Source: Patescibacteria group bacterium
GTDB lineage: Bacteria; Patescibacteriota; UBA1384; XYA2-FULL-43-10
NCBI GenBank assembly: GCA_041674405.1
Contig: JBAYVT010000007.1
Coordinates: 1 to 17,571 of the forward strand
DNA: 17,571 nt
Direction of reading: 5' to 3'
Below the pieces are notes generated by a model, which was given only the letters and a program-made list of their open reading frames with translations, did not search any database and was not told where the DNA came from. Below, one piece after another: positions 14,767 to 17,571 of this stretch; the stretch's first letter is position 1, and every line of letters starts with the position of its first letter. The translations under genes were made by a program, and so were the position numbers.

Positions 14767-14819
14767 TTGACCAACTTAATTCATATTTACTTGGTCAAAC
14801 CAGCAAATGCCCATAATAT
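14767..14819 (+). promoter_or_regulatory. Promoter candidate (TTGGTC-17 nt-TAATAT) whose -35 is one arm of an 8-bp palindrome (operator candidate)
   Basis: ttgaccaa (14767-14774) and ttggtcaa (14791-14798) form a perfect inverted repeat with a 16-nt spacer. TTGGTC at 14791-14796 and TAATAT at 14814-14819, upstream of the 14977 gene. Confidence 0.4.
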
Positions 14820-14976
14820 TCCCCCTCCGGCTATTGTGGATGTTATATAAGGGATACTGATGTGTTATTGTGAGTGTTATATAGACGCACGAATGATAGA
14901 AAATGATGTCGTCTATAAAAATATGAATTGTATTGCTATGCTTGAAGTGTACCGTCGCAACCATCATCGATAAAAA

Positions 14977-15618
14977 ATGTCTTCAGAATTAGATGAAATT
15001 ATTAAGAGAATCAATCTAGTATTAAGATCTAAAAAATCCGAGTTCTTTTTTCTTGGTAAAGAGTTGGAAGATAGTCCGACTAAAAGATCAATAATCCATC
15101 AATTATCAGATTTAGGCGTCTTGCATATTGGGCTGGATGAACCATTTTCCTGGAAAGACTTAGACATATCAAAAGTTGATCGATCCGTAAGCAATAGATA
15201 TTCTTCCTTACATGAATCCGAAAAATACAATGAAGCATTCAGGGAAGAACTTGAAAAGCAGATTGACTGGAAAATGACGATATCAATTGATGAAGAAAAA
15301 TTTAGAGAACTGCTTCAATCTGAAAAATTACGCTGGGATGGCGATGATCTCACATTCAAAGACGAAAAAATAAAATTTACAAGAAATAAGCGGCCGTATT
15401 TTTTGCTCAAAACATTATTTTCAAATCCTGATAAATTGTGGGGCTATGATGAAATTGCCGCAGAATGGAGCGAAGAATATAGCAAAAATGATTGGAGCAA
15501 ATATTATCAAGCTGCGTATTCTGCAAATGAATCAATTGCAAAAACAACCAAGATCAAGGATTTTCTGTTAATAACCAGCAAGGATGTCCGAATCAATCCC
15601 CTCCGGCTAGAAAAGTAG
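14977..15618 (+). CDS. Putative DNA-binding regulator with C-terminal winged-helix (OmpR/PhoB-type effector-like) region
   Basis: 213-aa ORF. The C-terminal third, LTFKDEKIKFTRNKRPYFLLKTLFSNPDKLWGYDEIAAEW...DVRINP, resembles the trans_reg_C layout. No clear Shine-Dalgarno sequence. An intrinsic terminator follows. Confidence 0.55.
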   Translation: MSSELDEIIKRINLVLRSKKSEFFFLGKELEDSPTKRSIIHQLSDLGVLHIGLDEPFSWKDLDISKVDRSVSNRYSSLHESEKYNEAFREELEKQIDWKMTISIDEEKFRELLQSEKLRWDGDDLTFKDEKIKFTRNKRPYFLLKTLFSNPDKLWGYDEIAAEWSEEYSKNDWSKYYQAAYSANESIAKTTKIKDFLLITSKDVRINPLRLEK

Positions 15619-15650
15619 TTTACAAACATTTACAAACCTCTCAAGTGATA

Positions 15651-15680
15651 ACCTGAATTCAAACTTAATTCAGGTTTTTT
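15651..15680 (+). terminator. Intrinsic terminator
   Basis: acctgaatt (15651-15659), 7-nt loop, aattcaggt (15667-15675), running into tttttt (15675-15680). It starts 33 nt after the stop at 15618. Confidence 0.75.
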
Positions 15681-15874
15681 ATGTCAAAGGTCGGAGAACC
15701 AAAGAAGAAAATATCGAAAGAAATATTAGCCAATGAAAATATCGCATGGGCAAGATTTTTGTACAAGCAATATAAGAAAAAGAAGCTGAAGCAGTCTTTA
15801 TCTTTTGACGAAAAAAGTATAGGATAGAAGTGGACAAAATACTACGACACAACTTAAATTTTGAAGACGCAAAT

Positions 15875-15930
15875 GGCAGTCTCTTATTTCCGTGTCGTAG
15901 CGGATTGTCCAGAGACTGCCTTTTGTGTTG
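15875..15930 (+). terminator. 10-bp perfect hairpin plus T-tract immediately upstream of the recombinase RBS (attenuator or insulator candidate)
   Basis: ggcagtctct (15875-15884) / agagactgcc (15911-15920), then ttttgtgtt. AGGAGG at 15932-15937 and ATG at 15945. Confidence 0.4.
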
Positions 15931-15944
15931 TAGGAGGAATAAAA

Positions 15945-17522
15945 ATGAGTGCTAAATCAATCGCTCTCTGCCGGGTGTCAACACCAGAACAGAGAATTGA
16001 GGGCCATAGCCTTGAAAGACAAGAGGCTAGTGTTGTAAAAGCCTCTGAGGAACTTGAATCGCCAATCGTTAAGACTTGGTCACTTGACCAGTCGAGTCGA
16101 GTTGGAAAAAATCTAAACCGCAGAGACCTGAAAGAAATGCTGGACTTTTGCAAACTGAACAAACAAGTTAAGTTTCTAATCATAGACGAAGTTGATCGCT
16201 TTATGAGAGATATCAAGTACTTCTATTATTTTGAAGCTGTATTTGAGCAACAAGGTGTAAAAGTATGGTATGCATCACAGCCAGAACTAAATACAAATGA
16301 CATGATGGGAAAGCTCCAAAAGCTCTTCTTAGTATTTAGAGCAGAAGCCAGTAACGATGAAAGGACTTGCAAATCATTAAAAGGATTAAAGGACCGCATA
16401 GCGAAGGGATATTGGCCATTTCCGCTCCACCAAGGCTACATTAAAGGCTCAGAACCAGGTTTGCATATTCCAGATCCTGAACGATATAATTTGCTCCGAG
16501 AGGCATTCGAAGAGGTTCTAATAAGGCGTTTTACAGTCAATGAAGCTTTGGATCGGCTTAATAATAATGGGTACAAATCTCCAAACGGAAAACCCCTCCG
16601 GATTGATAAATTCAGAGAACTATTAAAAGACCCATATTATGCGGGTGCGCTTAGAGTTGAGTCATGGGATAAAGAATTATGGAATGATAACGGATTACAT
16701 GAGTCTCTGATAACTATGGAAATGTGGGAGGAGCTTCAGCTTGTTGTCAATAATAAAATGCGCAAATTCCAACGAAAACAGCACAATCCAGCGTTTCCAC
16801 TATCAAATCTATTTTATTGTGATGAATGTGATGAGAAAAAAATCGTTGGTTATATCCATAGGAATGGGAAGAGCAATTGGACAGGCGAAGAATATCGTTG
16901 TAGGGGATGCAACAAAGTTATTAAAAAGGACGATCTTCATTCAACGACTGACACTTTTTTCGATAGCATAAAAATGCTTGAAAGTAACACACACGATTTT
17001 AAGAGTGCTTTGCGTGAAGTTTGGGCGGAAGAGCAGAAAGAAGGCTTCAATCGGACTAAACAGCTTAAAATTAGGTTAGAAAACCTGAACACTGAGAAAA
17101 ATAAGCTTGCGGTTGGCATAGTTATGAATCCGGAGCTTAAAGATGATTTGGCTCAATCATTAGAAGAGAAAAAGACTCAAATCAAGAATGTCGAGAAGGA
17201 AATATCGGAAGCAGAGAACATAGAGAGCGATTTCCTCGAGTTTGTGGAGTTTTCGATTGATTACATCAAAGATCTCAAAGCTAACTGGTGGGATCTTGGA
17301 CACGATGAACGGCTAGAGTGTAAACATTTGATAACAAAAGACAAAATTTTTACAAATTTCTCTGAAAAAGTTTACACACCAGAAATTAGTCCTATTTTGA
17401 AGCTAATTTGCAATATAAAAGGGGCAGAAACTGCCCCAAAATCCCAAGTGGTGGAGGTGAGGGGAGTTGCACCCCTGTCCAAAAGGCTTCAAACATATCG
17501 TCTACAAGTTTTGCCTTGGTGA
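15945..17522 (+). CDS. Large serine recombinase (phage-integrase-type)
   Basis: 525 aa from ATG 15945, with AGGAGG 7 nt upstream; the track's TTG 15861 extension is rejected. The resolvase catalytic motif is ALCRVSTPEQ...SLERQ...DEVDRFMR. A recombinase domain (GYWPFPLHQGY), a zinc ribbon (CDECDEK...YRCRGCNK) and a long Glu/Lys-rich coiled coil follow. Confidence 0.9.
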   Translation: MSAKSIALCRVSTPEQRIEGHSLERQEASVVKASEELESPIVKTWSLDQSSRVGKNLNRRDLKEMLDFCKLNKQVKFLIIDEVDRFMRDIKYFYYFEAVFEQQGVKVWYASQPELNTNDMMGKLQKLFLVFRAEASNDERTCKSLKGLKDRIAKGYWPFPLHQGYIKGSEPGLHIPDPERYNLLREAFEEVLIRRFTVNEALDRLNNNGYKSPNGKPLRIDKFRELLKDPYYAGALRVESWDKELWNDNGLHESLITMEMWEELQLVVNNKMRKFQRKQHNPAFPLSNLFYCDECDEKKIVGYIHRNGKSNWTGEEYRCRGCNKVIKKDDLHSTTDTFFDSIKMLESNTHDFKSALREVWAEEQKEGFNRTKQLKIRLENLNTEKNKLAVGIVMNPELKDDLAQSLEEKKTQIKNVEKEISEAENIESDFLEFVEFSIDYIKDLKANWWDLGHDERLECKHLITKDKIFTNFSEKVYTPEISPILKLICNIKGAETAPKSQVVEVRGVAPLSKRLQTYRLQVLPW

Positions 17523-17551
17523 TTTGTTCGAATAATAGCTCAACCAAGGCA
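17512..17551. repeat. 40-bp dyad overlapping the recombinase stop codon (terminator or recombinase-site candidate)
   Basis: tgccttggt (17512-17520) and accaaggca (17543-17551), 9 bp perfect with a 22-nt spacer. No T-tract follows. Confidence 0.5.
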
Positions 17552-17571
17552 GAAAACTATTATCTTATCTC

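Noticed and set aside
14776-14967. 63-aa minus-strand ORF in the divergent control region
   Set aside because: It has no Shine-Dalgarno sequence, overlaps the promoter candidate and 5' UTR of the 14977 gene, and its composition is atypical for a protein.
15619-15637. Tandem direct repeat tttacaaac-a-tttacaaac right after the regulator stop codon
   Set aside because: There are only two short AT-rich copies, which could easily arise by chance in low-GC DNA. No similar motif cluster was found elsewhere.
15861-15944. TTG 15861 start extending the recombinase by 28 codons
   Set aside because: The extension runs through the hairpin, T-tract and AGGAGG. The ATG at 15945 has ideal RBS spacing and places the catalytic RVSTPEQ motif at the usual N-terminal distance.
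15884-17119. ORFs 15884-16216 (-), 16741-16971 (+) and 16937-17119 (-)
   Set aside because: They are antisense or alternative-frame shadows within the serine recombinase gene.
1-17571. CRISPR arrays, rRNA, tRNA, IS transposases, alternative genetic code
   Set aside because: No regularly spaced direct repeats, no rRNA- or tRNA-like segments and no transposase-like ORF were seen. Long motif-bearing ORFs read through under the standard code without in-frame TGA problems.

Overview
Bacterial-type window that reads cleanly in the standard code, in three parts. (i) 1-4120 is a compositional mosaic. Three high-GC genes (a partial membrane/coiled-coil gene missing from the ORF track, a PlsC-type acyltransferase, an amidohydrolase) alternate with AT-rich spacers and a low-GC GNAT gene. 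(ii) 4160-8352 is a low-GC, co-directional seven-gene minus-strand cluster: small membrane protein, processive-type GT2 glycosyltransferase, P-loop kinase, LMW phosphatase, DUF2164, GGCT-like protein and an unusually small PEP-utilising-type protein. (iii) 8400-17571 is a low-GC accessory block that looks like a mobile defence island and ends in a large serine recombinase (15945-17522). It holds a plus-strand structured RNA leader with tandem GNRA hairpins ahead of a small Cys/His-rich protein, and a zinc-ribbon-DUF4145 protein convergent with a membrane protein. It also holds a DUF4065 (Panacea) antitoxin-like gene heading a three-gene operon. Finally, two tiny multi-pass membrane proteins sit with a membrane-anchored Mrr-type PD-(D/E)xK nuclease behind a 118-nt nested inverted-repeat leader, next to a winged-helix regulator. 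My best candidates for an undescribed system are the membrane-protein/nuclease module with its leader (12530-14745) and the Panacea triad (10762-12525). No rRNA, tRNA, CRISPR array or transposase was recognised. All family calls rest on motifs read by eye from the translations; no database search was possible.
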